64,000 nucleotides of DNA from an uncultured bacterium (GCA_963729625.1 CAVSOU010000007.1:192001-256000), one strand, 5' to 3'. Shown: positions 53,426 through 62,832, numbered from the stretch's first letter. The notes: a model not told the origin generated them from the letters alone. Made by a program: numbers and translations.

Positions 53426-53524
53426 CGCAGAGTCGCGCAGAGTAGCGCGCCCTCCGCCAACGCAGGCAAATCCACGACGAGCAATGTTGCCCAGTGTTTT
53501 GATTTGCGCAGTAATTGGTGGAGG
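53426..53524 (+). promoter_or_regulatory. Candidate ANTAR-target RNA leader with anti-SD helix
   Basis: Hexaloop hairpins CGCGC-AGAGTA-GCGCG, GCC-AACGCA-GGC, GC-AATGTT-GC; competing CCTCCGCCAA/TTGGTGGAGG helix. Confidence 0.65.
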
Positions 53525-53531
53525 AGACTGA

Positions 53532-54962
53532 ATGACACCCAGCGAAGTGCTGAAATACGCAGAGGATAACGGCGTACGATTCGTGGACTTCAAGTTCACT
53601 GATCTGCCGGGCACGTGGCAGCACTTTACAACCCCGCTCAGCGAGCTTGAGGTATCGACGTTTACCGAAGGCCTTGGCTTTGACGGGTCAAGCATCCGAG
53701 GTTTTCAGGAGATCAATGAGAGCGACATGCTCGTGGTCCCGGACGCCTCAACCGCCCACCTCGATCCGTTCACGGCCGTACCCACCCTGAGTCTCATCTG
53801 CGATATCGCCGATCCGCTCAACAAAGAACCGTATTCGCGCGACCCACGCTTCATCGCGAAGAAAGCCGAGGCTGTTGTCAAGAAACTCGGCTTCGCCGAC
53901 GCCGCGTACTTCGGTCCTGAAGCCGAGTTCTTCATCTTCGACGACGTGCGGTATTCAACCGCACCCGACTATTCGTTCTTCGCGGTCGATGCCGAGGAGT
54001 CTCACTGGAACTCAGCACGTGACGAAGGACCCAATCTCTCCAACAAGATTCGTCCGAAGGAAGGCTACTTCCCTGTTGCGCCACAGGACAAGCTGAATGA
54101 CGTTCGAGGCGACATGGTACTCACCATGATGGACTCGTTCGGAATCAACATCGAAACGCACCATCACGAGGTTGCGGCTGCTGGTCAGGCCGAGATCGAC
54201 ATGCGCTTCGACACGCTGCTCAAGATGGCTGACAATCTTATGACCTACAAGTACGTGGTGAAGAATGTCGCGAAACGCCACGGCAAGGTCGCCACATTCA
54301 TGCCGAAGCCGCTGTATGGCGACAACGGCTCGGGTATGCATGTGCACCAGAGCCTGTGGAAGGATGGGAAACCGCTATTCTCCGATCCCGCTGGTTACGC
54401 AGGGCTGAGCCAGATTGCGCTCCAGTACATCGGCGGACTCTTGTTGCACGCGCCGGCGATACTGGCGTTTGCCGCTCCCACCACGAACTCGTATCGCAGG
54501 CTTGTGCCGGGCTTTGAAGCACCGGTGAATCTCGTATTCTCCGCGCGGAACCGCAGCGCTGCCGTGCGCATTCCGATGTACTCCAACAATCCCAAGGCGA
54601 AGCGCATTGAGTTCCGGCCCCCGGATCCTGCCGCGAACCCATACCTCACATTTGCCGCTCTCCTGTGTGCGGGTGTCGACGGCATTCGGAAAGGTATCGA
54701 TCCGACAAAAGCGGGTTTTGGCCCGCTGGATCGGAACATCTACGAACTCTCCCCAGAGGAATACGAGGGCATCCGCTCGGTGCCAGGCAGTCTTGACGAC
54801 GCGCTCGCGGCGCTTGAGGCCGATCACGAATTCCTTCTCGTGGACGGCGTGTTTACGCAGGACGTCATCGACACCTGGGTGAACTACAAGCGGACAGCGG
54901 AAGCGGACGAAGTTCGGTTGCGGCCCACACCACACGAGTACTACCTGTACTTCGACGTCTGA
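53532..54962 (+). CDS. glnA: Type I glutamine synthetase
   Basis: [47 protein letters not shown] adenylylation-type Tyr. Confidence 0.98.
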   Translation: MTPSEVLKYAEDNGVRFVDFKFTDLPGTWQHFTTPLSELEVSTFTEGLGFDGSSIRGFQEINESDMLVVPDASTAHLDPFTAVPTLSLICDIADPLNKEPYSRDPRFIAKKAEAVVKKLGFADAAYFGPEAEFFIFDDVRYSTAPDYSFFAVDAEESHWNSARDEGPNLSNKIRPKEGYFPVAPQDKLNDVRGDMVLTMMDSFGINIETHHHEVAAAGQAEIDMRFDTLLKMADNLMTYKYVVKNVAKRHGKVATFMPKPLYGDNGSGMHVHQSLWKDGKPLFSDPAGYAGLSQIALQYIGGLLLHAPAILAFAAPTTNSYRRLVPGFEAPVNLVFSARNRSAAVRIPMYSNNPKAKRIEFRPPDPAANPYLTFAALLCAGVDGIRKGIDPTKAGFGPLDRNIYELSPEEYEGIRSVPGSLDDALAALEADHEFLLVDGVFTQDVIDTWVNYKRTAEADEVRLRPTPHEYYLYFDV

Positions 54963-55029
54963 TTACTCCATCCAGCGCTGGCGGGAATATCGTCAGTTCC
55001 CGGCAGCCGCCTGGAACCGCGCGTATCAC

Positions 55030-55062
55030 AAATGCCCGCCGCAACTCTTGCGGCGGGCATTT
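55030..55062. terminator. Bidirectional intrinsic terminator after glnA
   Basis: Perfect 15-bp inverted repeat AAATGCCCGCCGCAA/TTGCGGCGGGCATTT between convergent genes. Confidence 0.8.
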
Positions 55063-55125
55063 CCTGTCGTCGGAGAGTCCCGCGAGCCGGCGCATGGAGT
55101 CCGACACGAGCGTGAAGCACCAGAC

Positions 55126-55722
55126 TTAATGGTCGGTTGCGCGTGCGTCCAGCTCCTGCTGCGAGGGCGTTGACTCGGACTCCGCGGGTCCTGAGCTAGC
55201 CGCCTGTGGAGCCTGGTCGGTGCGGGCAGGACCGGTCCCGCCTTCATCGTGCTTCACTTCGATCCAGTTCTCTTCGCCAAAATCCTCGTCGTCCTCTCCT
55301 CCGCGCTGCGTGAAGTAGGCGACCAACGCACCGACGATCAAGCCGACGAGGACGAATCGCCAGAATCCTCCACCGGATTGCTCTTCCATCGGTGGCTCCT
55401 TGCCTTCCGGCTCGGCATCCGATTTGCTTGCAATCGCCGGAGCGGGCTTTGCGGTCTCCTGGGCGCTCTTGCCGTCCCGTGCCGCCGATGAATTACTGCC
55501 CGCAAAGTGGCCCGCGGCTGCATGTGACGCTGCCACGGTTTCGGCCGAATGTTTGGCTCCCACCACGGCCTGTTCAGCCAGCGTCTTCGCGGTCTCTATC
55601 AACTGCAGCAACGATTGCTGCACCAGTTGTTGAACGGCATCCCTTGTGGCATCGGTGATTTGTTGCGCCGCGTCCTTCACCGTGTCCTTCACCGTCTCCC
55701 GAATCTCTTCTAAGTCTGGCAC
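55126..55722 (-). CDS. Hypothetical single-pass membrane protein
   Basis: Helical N-terminus, low-complexity linker, one TM helix, acidic tail. Confidence 0.65.
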   Translation of the reverse strand: MPDLEEIRETVKDTVKDAAQQITDATRDAVQQLVQQSLLQLIETAKTLAEQAVVGAKHSAETVAASHAAAGHFAGSNSSAARDGKSAQETAKPAPAIASKSDAEPEGKEPPMEEQSGGGFWRFVLVGLIVGALVAYFTQRGGEDDEDFGEENWIEVKHDEGGTGPARTDQAPQAASSGPAESESTPSQQELDARATDH

Positions 55723-56060
55723 CCGATCTTTCCTCTCTGCTAGACCTGCTGCACGCACGACACATGCTGACTGTATCGCAAAACCGACAACTCAGAAAGA
55801 ACAGCGCCACGGTCTCTGACCAGAATCGATGGCGCGACACTCCAATCCCGGCATCAGGCGCCTCCGGAGTGCAGGTCGTTAAGGCACAGCTCCCGGATCT
55901 GATCCTATTGTACTATGACATAGGCGGTGCACTGCCAATCCACGTATTTGCGGACTGTGACGTACGAGACTTGCAGCGATGCAGCAAGTGGGCGATCATG
56001 AGCATGCTGGCCAGATAGCCCGTTCCCGCCTACTGGCCCACCAGCAAAGGGGAAACAGGT

Positions 56061-56231
56061 ATGAATAGGGTCGTGCTGGGAATAGTCGGCGCCCTTGTCG
56101 CGGTGTGGCTGATATTCGCTGTATTCAACGCGGTGAAGGGCCTCATCCATCTTGCGCTCGTGATCGCCATACTTCTGGTTGCCTATAACCTGCTGATGAG
56201 TCTCCGGCATCGCATGGACGGGCCGGACTAG
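56061..56231 (+). CDS. Small two-helix membrane protein (56 aa)
   Basis: Hand translation MNRVVLGIVGALVAVWLIFAVFNAVKGLIHLALVIAILLVAYNLLMSLRHRMDGPD; purine-rich SD; shorter than the ORFs in the track. Confidence 0.7.
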   Translation: MNRVVLGIVGALVAVWLIFAVFNAVKGLIHLALVIAILLVAYNLLMSLRHRMDGPD

Positions 56232-56517
56232 TCACGTGCCTGGTCCTGTTAAAGGCTTGACGCGCGCGGCCAGCGCCGGCAGCCTCCGGCCGGTGCCGCA
56301 ATGCATGGGCTGTTCGCTGATTGCTGTGCCGCTATGGCAGTGGGAAGATTTCCGCCGGTGCATGGCCAAGGCGTCTGAGTCTCAGGTGGTGCCTGAAGCT
56401 ACATGGCGAGTCCGCGGGGCTAATGCCCCTCAGGCGCCGCCAGTTTGGCCGTGACCGTTCGCGGCCAGGTCCGCCGCGTGAACTGCGCCGCTTGAGGATG
56501 GCCCCTGGCGGACGTGC

Positions 56518-56543
56518 ACCGCTATACTCAACCGCTATACTCA
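56518..56543 (+). repeat. Perfect 13-bp tandem duplication containing TATACT
   Basis: ACCGCTATACTCA twice. Confidence 0.9.
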
Positions 56544-56693
56544 GATGTGTCCCGCCGTTCGACGCTGCATTCTGGGGCGTCGTCCTGAGTCACCACAGGC
56601 CAGCGAAATGAACCGGAGTCGACGTGGTTGACGCGAGATCAGCAGGCAAGCAGTTCGCCCCAGCAACCATGACCACCGGCGTCTTCTGCACCG

Positions 56694-58127
56694 ATGACTG
56701 ACTTTGTCCACTCGGTATTGTCCGGGGGGGTCCCACGTGAGGCATGCGGCGTATTTGGGATCTTTGCTCCCGGCGTCGATGTGGCCCGCGCAACCTACTA
56801 TGGCTTGTACACGTTGCAGCATCGTGGACAGGAGAGCGCGGGAATCGCCGTGGCCGATGGCAAGGCGATCCGCGTGCGCCGCGATATGGGTCTCGTCTCG
56901 CAAGTCTTCAATGACGCGGACTTGAGCGACCTTCGCGGCGACGTCGCGATAGGGCACTGCCGCTATTCGACCACGGGCGCGAGCTATCTGGCCAACGCGC
57001 AGCCGATCATCGTTACCGACGCCGTGGGTTCGCCTCAAGAGGGGGAGCCGCTTGCCATCGCCCACAATGGCAATTTGGTCAACGTTCAGCTTCTGCGCGC
57101 ACAACTCCTGGAGATGGGAACGAAGTTCCTGTCTACGAGCGATAGCGAGGTGATCATTCAGCTTATCAGGCTCACCAATGGCCGTTCCTGGCTCGAGCGG
57201 ATCGCTCGTGCGCTGACATCGCTGTCGGGCGCGTTCAGCCTGGCGTTTGCGTCGGCAACCGATCTCTTTGCCGCGCGCGATCCCTGGGGCATTCGCCCGC
57301 TCTGTCTGGGCAGGCTGCTGGATGGCTGGGTTGTGGCGTCGGAATCCTGTGCACTGGACGCCGTAGGCGCGCAACTTGAGCGTGAGATTGAGCCAGGCGA
57401 AGTCATTCAGATTTCGCGCGCGGGTGTCAGGTCCGTGCGCTATGCAAAGGCCAAGCCGCGACTATGCTCCTTTGAATTCATCTACTTTGCCCGCCCCGAT
57501 AGCGTGATCGAGGGACGCAGCGTCCACAGCGCACGCGTCGCTCTCGGCCGGCAATTGGCGATCGAGCACCCGGTAAATGCCGACATGGTCATGCCCGTGC
57601 CCGAGTCCGGCATCCCGATGGCTGTGGGCTACGCGAGAGAGTCACGCACCCCGTACGGAGACGGCCTGGTGAAGAATCGGTACATAGGCCGCACATTCAT
57701 CTCACCCACGCAGTTGGAGCGGGACCGCGGAATCCAGCTCAAATTCAATCCATTATCCGGCGAGCTTAAGGACAAGCGACTGGTCGTGATCGAAGATTCG
57801 CTGATACGAGGCACGACGAGCCGGCCGCTGGTCGCCATGCTTCGGCGAGCAGGAGCGCGCGAGGTTCACCTCCGCATTGCATCACCCCCGTATCGCTATC
57901 CATGCCATCTCGGGATGGATACAAGTCGTCGATCCGAGCTCATCGCCGCCAACAACTCACTGCACGAGATCCTGCTGTACACGGGCGCTGACTCGCTGGA
58001 ATATCTGAGCATCCAAGGATTGATCAAGGCTGTCGGCCGCCTGGAGGCGCATTCATGCCGCGCGTGCCTCGATGGGCGGTATCCTATGCCCGTGCAGGCT
58101 GAACTGGAGGCCGCGACGAGTTCATAG
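56694..58127 (+). CDS. purF: Amidophosphoribosyltransferase
   Basis: Propeptide then CGVFG; LQHRGQES, RYST, HNG, CSFEFIYFARPDS; Fe-S Cys residues. Confidence 0.97.
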   Translation: MTDFVHSVLSGGVPREACGVFGIFAPGVDVARATYYGLYTLQHRGQESAGIAVADGKAIRVRRDMGLVSQVFNDADLSDLRGDVAIGHCRYSTTGASYLANAQPIIVTDAVGSPQEGEPLAIAHNGNLVNVQLLRAQLLEMGTKFLSTSDSEVIIQLIRLTNGRSWLERIARALTSLSGAFSLAFASATDLFAARDPWGIRPLCLGRLLDGWVVASESCALDAVGAQLEREIEPGEVIQISRAGVRSVRYAKAKPRLCSFEFIYFARPDSVIEGRSVHSARVALGRQLAIEHPVNADMVMPVPESGIPMAVGYARESRTPYGDGLVKNRYIGRTFISPTQLERDRGIQLKFNPLSGELKDKRLVVIEDSLIRGTTSRPLVAMLRRAGAREVHLRIASPPYRYPCHLGMDTSRRSELIAANNSLHEILLYTGADSLEYLSIQGLIKAVGRLEAHSCRACLDGRYPMPVQAELEAATSS

Positions 58128-58158
58128 CTTCTAATGCTCGAAGCCACAAGGAGGATTC

Positions 58159-58518
58159 ATGGATCTAGCGAAGATACTCGCAAACATGGTCACGGATGAA
58201 GGTCTTTCAGTAGCGCTGATAGTTGGAGACGACGGCTTGCTGGTTGACGGACAATGCCGAGGAACCGTCGACCTACCAGCAATCGGCGCACTGGCGAGCA
58301 GTACGATGAGCGATTTGCACCACCTGGGCCGCACCCTGGAGGCGGGCGCTGCCGTCCGACTGCGCCTGCGCTTCGAACACTACGAGCTGCTGGTTGAGTC
58401 GCTCACGGACACGGATTTACTCGTAGCCGGAGTTCCGAGCGCGGCCGAAGGGGAAAGGTTGCTCAACGCCTCGGCGCGCTATCGGAGCGAGCTCCGCAAC
58501 CTTCTGGGCGAGCTATAG
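58159..58518 (+). CDS. Roadblock/LC7 (MglB-like) domain protein
   Basis: ALIVGDDGLLV motif, 119 aa, AGGAGG SD. Confidence 0.8.
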   Translation: MDLAKILANMVTDEGLSVALIVGDDGLLVDGQCRGTVDLPAIGALASSTMSDLHHLGRTLEAGAAVRLRLRFEHYELLVESLTDTDLLVAGVPSAAEGERLLNASARYRSELRNLLGEL

Positions 58519-59598
58519 ATGTCGGAGTCCAAGCCACGCTGTGTGCACCGTGGCGACGCCCTGCATGATCCCGCTGGCACAACCGCACGAGCACATTCCT
58601 ATGTCGAGGCAGGAGTCGACATCGCGGCCGGCGAACTAGCGGTCGAGTTAATGCGCCCTGCGATAGCAACCGGTCCCGGGATTCTCAATCGGTTTGGATC
58701 GTTTGGCGCCGCCGTGCCCTCTCCCGGCGGCGACATGCTTCTGGTCAGCAGCGCAGACGGAGTAGGAACGAAGCTATGCCTTGCCCGCACCGACCAAGAG
58801 TGCGCGGGTCTGGGACGCGACCTGGTTCACCATTGCATTGACGACATCTTGACCTGCGGAGCGCGCCCGGTCTTCTTCCTCGATTACCTGGCCTTCGACA
58901 AGCTCAGGCCTGAGCGGGCTGCTGCCATAGTGACCGGCATGGCCGGGGCGTGCAAGAGTCACGGGGCCGCGCTGGTCGGAGGGGAAACGGCGGAGCTGCC
59001 CGACATTTATCGAGAAGATGCCTTCGACGTAGCCGGCTTCATCGTCGGCACGGTTGCACGAGATAGACTGATCGACGGCTCGAGCATCCAGGTGGGGGAT
59101 TCGCTCATCGGCCTGCCATCCGCCGGCCTCCACACAAACGGCTACAGCCTGGCGCGAGCGCTGCTTTTCGACAGACTCGACGAGGAGTTACCGGCCAGCA
59201 CGGATTTCCGGTCGCACGGAAGCATTAGGGATGCCCTGCTTGCCGAACACGCGTGCTACCTCAGTGCTCTGGTGCCGCTCCTCGACGCCAACCTGGTGCT
59301 GGGTCTTGCCCACATCACCGGAGGCGGGCTCCCCGGCAATGTGCCGCGAATGCTGCCTACCGGACTCGCGGCCCGACTCGATCCGAGTTCGTGGTCGCCG
59401 CCGCCGATATTCTCCATTCTGAGCCAGTACGACCTCACGGCGAGTGAGATGTACAGAACGTTCAACATGGGCTTGGGCATGATTCTGGCCTGCAAAGCCG
59501 CGGATTCGGCGGACGTGCTCAGTGCGCTCCCGGGCGCCTCTATCGTGGGCACAATCGAGGCAGGCAGCTCTCGTGGCCGCGTCACGGGATTATTCTGA
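58519..59598 (+). CDS. purM: Phosphoribosylformylglycinamidine cyclo-ligase
   Basis: YVEAGVD, DGVGTK, GGETAE, GLHTNGYS, HITGGG, TFNMG. Confidence 0.97.
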   Translation: MSESKPRCVHRGDALHDPAGTTARAHSYVEAGVDIAAGELAVELMRPAIATGPGILNRFGSFGAAVPSPGGDMLLVSSADGVGTKLCLARTDQECAGLGRDLVHHCIDDILTCGARPVFFLDYLAFDKLRPERAAAIVTGMAGACKSHGAALVGGETAELPDIYREDAFDVAGFIVGTVARDRLIDGSSIQVGDSLIGLPSAGLHTNGYSLARALLFDRLDEELPASTDFRSHGSIRDALLAEHACYLSALVPLLDANLVLGLAHITGGGLPGNVPRMLPTGLAARLDPSSWSPPPIFSILSQYDLTASEMYRTFNMGLGMILACKAADSADVLSALPGASIVGTIEAGSSRGRVTGLF

Positions 59599-60236
59599 TG
59601 CGCGTTGGTGTGCTGATATCGGGCCGAGGCAGCAATCTGCGCGCGCTGCTTGAAGCATTCCCGGCCGGGCATGAATCGGTCGACATCTGTTGCGTTGCGA
59701 CCAACCGGCAGGCTTGCGGCGGCCTGCGGTATGCTCGATCCTGCGGCATACCCACCTATGTATTCCCCCGCGCCAGTTACCCAAGCAGACACGCGCAGCA
59801 GTCGGCGGTTGCTGACGCGTTGTTGACCCAGGGTGTACAACTTGTCGTTCTGGCCGGATTCGACCAGATTGCGACGGAGGCCATCTTGAAGCCGTTTGGC
59901 GGGCGCATTGTCAACATTCATCCGTCCCTGCTGCCGGCCTTCGGGGGCACGCTGCACGCTCAGGCCGAGGCACTGGCATATGGTGTGAAGGTGACCGGCT
60001 GCACTGTACACTACGTCAACGAGGAGATCGATGCGGGCCCAATCATCGCTCAGGCAGCGGTGCGGGTTCTGGCATCAGACACGGTGGAGGTCCTGGCAGG
60101 GCGCATACTGGAGCAGGAGCACAGACTGTTGCCAGCGGTGGTGAAATCGATTGCCGAAGGGCGCGTGAGCGTCGAGGGGCGGCGGGTGCTAGTTTCGGAA
60201 GGGGCTGCCAATGAGAGCGTTGCTGAGTGTCTATGA
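59598..60236 (+). CDS. purN: Phosphoribosylglycinamide formyltransferase
   Basis: SGRGSNL, LAGF, NIHPSLLP, GCTVH, DAGPII. Confidence 0.97.
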   Translation: MRVGVLISGRGSNLRALLEAFPAGHESVDICCVATNRQACGGLRYARSCGIPTYVFPRASYPSRHAQQSAVADALLTQGVQLVVLAGFDQIATEAILKPFGGRIVNIHPSLLPAFGGTLHAQAEALAYGVKVTGCTVHYVNEEIDAGPIIAQAAVRVLASDTVEVLAGRILEQEHRLLPAVVKSIAEGRVSVEGRRVLVSEGAANESVAECL

Positions 60237-61809
60237 CAAGTCCGGCCTGGTAGATTTCGCCAAGCAGCTTCTAGCCCTTGGCGTCGAACTGTTCTCGACA
60301 GGCAAGACATTCCAGACACTGGCGGATGACGGAGTCGCCGTCGCGACCGTCGCCGAACTCACCGGCGCCCCAGAAATCCTCGACGGGCGAGTCAAGACAC
60401 TCCATCCTGCGATACATGCCGGTCTCCTGGCTGATCGGGATAATCCCGAGCATGTTGCCACCCTCGCTGATCTCGGCGTCATACCAATAGACCTGATCGT
60501 CGTCAACCTGTACCCGTTCGTGCAAACGGTCAGCGAGAAACCCGTCGGCCTGTCTGCGGCGATGGAACAAGTCGACATTGGTGGTGTCGCGCTGATCAGG
60601 GCGGCGGCCAAGAACCACAAGCATGTGCTTGTGGTCACGGATCCAGGCGACTACGATGCGGTGCTTTCGGAACTCAAGCATCGGGTTTCGCCCGAGGATC
60701 CCGAAGACCTCGATGGTGCGCCGCCGCTAGGATTGCGTCTGGCGGCCAAAGCCTTCAGCTACACTGCGGCGTATGACTCGTATATCGCAGCCTACCTGTG
60801 CGACCAGCTCGGGGCCGACTTCCCCGACAATCTCAGCCTCCCGATGCGGAAAGTCAAGGACCTCAGGTACGGCGAGAACCCGCACCAGAATGCAGCGTTC
60901 TACACTACCGTGCCTACTACCAGCGAGATTGGATTGCGTACGTTGGCAACCGCGCGGCAGCTGCACGGCCGCGAGCTATCCTTCAATAATCTCCTGGATA
61001 TCGACGCAGCATGGACTGTGGTGCGCGACTTCCAGCAGGCGCCGTGCGTGGTGATTATCAAGCACACGAACCCTTGCGGACTTGCCTGTCACACCGACCT
61101 GAGCGAAGCGTATCGGCGAGCGCACACCGGCGATCCCCAGGCCGCGTATGGAGGCATAATCGGCGTTAACCGGATCGTGGACGGTGCGACGGCTCAAGAG
61201 ATTAGCGCCGTGTTCTATGAGGCGATCGTGGCCCCGGATTACAGCGATGAAGCCCTCGAGATCCTGCAGAAGAAGCGCGACCTGCGCTTGATCGCCATGG
61301 GCGAACGGTCCGCGCCGCGCAAGGGTGAATTCGGCTGGCTACCGGACGACAGGCTTGACTTCAAGCGGGTCACTGGTGGATTCGTCGTCCAGGACCGACA
61401 ACCGACGACCGAAGACCTGGAACTCAAGCTGCTCGTGGTGACGAAGCGCCAACCGACGCTCGAGGAAATCACCGACCTGCGCTTTGCCTGGCGTGCTGTC
61501 AAACACGTGAAATCCAATGCGATTGTCCTGGCACGTCACCTCACCGTGATTGGCGTGGGCGCAGGCCAAATGAAGCGAGTGGACAGTGTTGAGCTGGCAG
61601 TACGCCATGCCAAGGAACGTGCAAGGAACAGCGTTTTGGCGTCGGACGCGTATTTCCCGTTCGCCGACGGCGTCCAGCGGGCAATCGAGGCAGGCGTGAC
61701 TGCGATCATTCAACCGGGCGGGTCGATCCGGGATGAGGAATCGATAAAGGTTGCCGACAACCACGGCGTCGCGATGGTGTTTACCAAGGTTCGTCATTTC
61801 CGGCACTGA
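60211..61809 (+). CDS. purH: Bifunctional AICAR transformylase / IMP cyclohydrolase
   Basis: RALLSVYDK, GRVKTLHP, LRYGENPHQ, KHTNPCG, ASDAYFPF, RHFRH. Confidence 0.98.
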   Translation: MRALLSVYDKSGLVDFAKQLLALGVELFSTGKTFQTLADDGVAVATVAELTGAPEILDGRVKTLHPAIHAGLLADRDNPEHVATLADLGVIPIDLIVVNLYPFVQTVSEKPVGLSAAMEQVDIGGVALIRAAAKNHKHVLVVTDPGDYDAVLSELKHRVSPEDPEDLDGAPPLGLRLAAKAFSYTAAYDSYIAAYLCDQLGADFPDNLSLPMRKVKDLRYGENPHQNAAFYTTVPTTSEIGLRTLATARQLHGRELSFNNLLDIDAAWTVVRDFQQAPCVVIIKHTNPCGLACHTDLSEAYRRAHTGDPQAAYGGIIGVNRIVDGATAQEISAVFYEAIVAPDYSDEALEILQKKRDLRLIAMGERSAPRKGEFGWLPDDRLDFKRVTGGFVVQDRQPTTEDLELKLLVVTKRQPTLEEITDLRFAWRAVKHVKSNAIVLARHLTVIGVGAGQMKRVDSVELAVRHAKERARNSVLASDAYFPFADGVQRAIEAGVTAIIQPGGSIRDEESIKVADNHGVAMVFTKVRHFRH

Positions 61810-61933
61810 GCAGATCGTCCTTGCGCGGAACTGCGACGCGTCATGGCGCTCTTTCGCTCGGCATACTGAATGGGGACCTTGTGCTCACGCGAGTCGCGCC
61901 GTCACGCGATTGCAGCAAAGGAAATTGAGCAAG

Positions 61934-62299
61934 ATGGCCTGTGCACACCTTCACCCGGGCTCCAACGACCCCGTGTCCGGTATCACGCGGGGACTCAATC
62001 AGTGTGACAAGTACAATAACAATCCGCTTCGTCCTATTCCACCGGGCGGAGAAGTTCATTGCCAGGATCCAGGAGCCAGCGGCGTCAACTGCTGGCTCGA
62101 CCTGCGCGCGTGTCGGAAGGCGGAGATAGCGCGGCGATTCTATGCGTATACGACGGGCGATCCCTACGCAATCTCCATTCCGCACGTCGCCCAGGTCGAC
62201 AAAGATCGTTTTGGGCGGGCGTTCGTATGCCTCGAGCAAGAAGGCAAATGGGTGCACGATGGTGACCACGAGTTCCCCATGAGCCTCGCGAAAGACTAG
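61934..62299 (+). CDS. Small Cys/His-rich hypothetical protein
   Basis: 121-aa ORF from ATG 61934 with six Cys and several His. Confidence 0.55.
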   Translation: MACAHLHPGSNDPVSGITRGLNQCDKYNNNPLRPIPPGGEVHCQDPGASGVNCWLDLRACRKAEIARRFYAYTTGDPYAISIPHVAQVDKDRFGRAFVCLEQEGKWVHDGDHEFPMSLAKD

Positions 62300-62312
62300 T
62301 GTCTTCAAGAGC

Positions 62313-62342
62313 TTGACGCGTGCGAAGTCAGACCCCTATACT
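62313..62342 (+). promoter_or_regulatory. Sigma70-type promoter of the tRNA-tuf operon
   Basis: TTGACG-N18-TATACT. Confidence 0.7.
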
Positions 62343-62386
62343 TGTGTGCGCAAGGCAAAGGACCGGCATGTGTTCTTGCGCCCAAC

Positions 62387-62459
62387 GCCGACGTAGCTCA
62401 ATTGGCAGAGCAACGGTTTTGTAAACCGTGGGTTGCGGGTTCGAGTCCCATCGTCGGCT
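62387..62459 (+). tRNA. tRNA-Thr(TGT)
   Basis: GCCGACG/CGTCGGC acceptor, anticodon arm ACGGT-TTTGTAA-ACCGT, GGTTCGAGTCC. Confidence 0.96.
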
Positions 62460-62502
62460 CCGTGCGTGTGCGTTCCAGGCCAGGAACGAGGTCGTTCGTC
62501 GC

Positions 62503-62585
62503 GGGCAGATACCCAAGTGGCCAACGGGGGCTGACTGTAAATCAGCTGGCGTACGCCTTCGGGAGTTCGAATCTCTCTCTGCCCA
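62503..62585 (+). tRNA. tRNA-Tyr(GTA)
   Basis: GGGCAGA/TCTGCCC acceptor, GCTGA-CTGTAAA-TCAGC, long variable arm. Confidence 0.96.
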
Positions 62586-62624
62586 CTCTGCGCTGGTTGG
62601 CGGTGCAGGTAAACTCTGTAGAGC

Positions 62625-62696
62625 GCCCTAGTAGCTCAGTGGTAGAGCGCGCCCTTGGTAAGGGCGAGGTCGTGGGTCCGATTCCCACCTGGGGCT
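62625..62696 (+). tRNA. tRNA-Thr(GGT)
   Basis: GCCCTAG/CTGGGGC acceptor, CGCCC-TTGGTAA-GGGCG; T-loop reads TCCGATT. Confidence 0.93.
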
Positions 62697-62832
62697 CATC
62701 AGACTCGGTCCGCTATTCGCGGTGAGCGGCGGCCCACCACAAAGAGGGGCGGCAACTCACCGCGATTCGCTGATCAACCGGCTTCTGTCGAGGTGGTAGC
62801 CGAGGCGTACGGGAAAGGGTAAATCGTTCACA

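Noticed and set aside
56572-56640. CTGAG and TGAACC segments resembling a TPP riboswitch
   Set aside because: No P2 GGG/CCC pairing and no GCG-AGGGA junction.
56724-56730. G7 run near the purF 5' end as a phase-variation tract
   Set aside because: Short for GC-rich DNA, in frame, and in a core biosynthetic gene.
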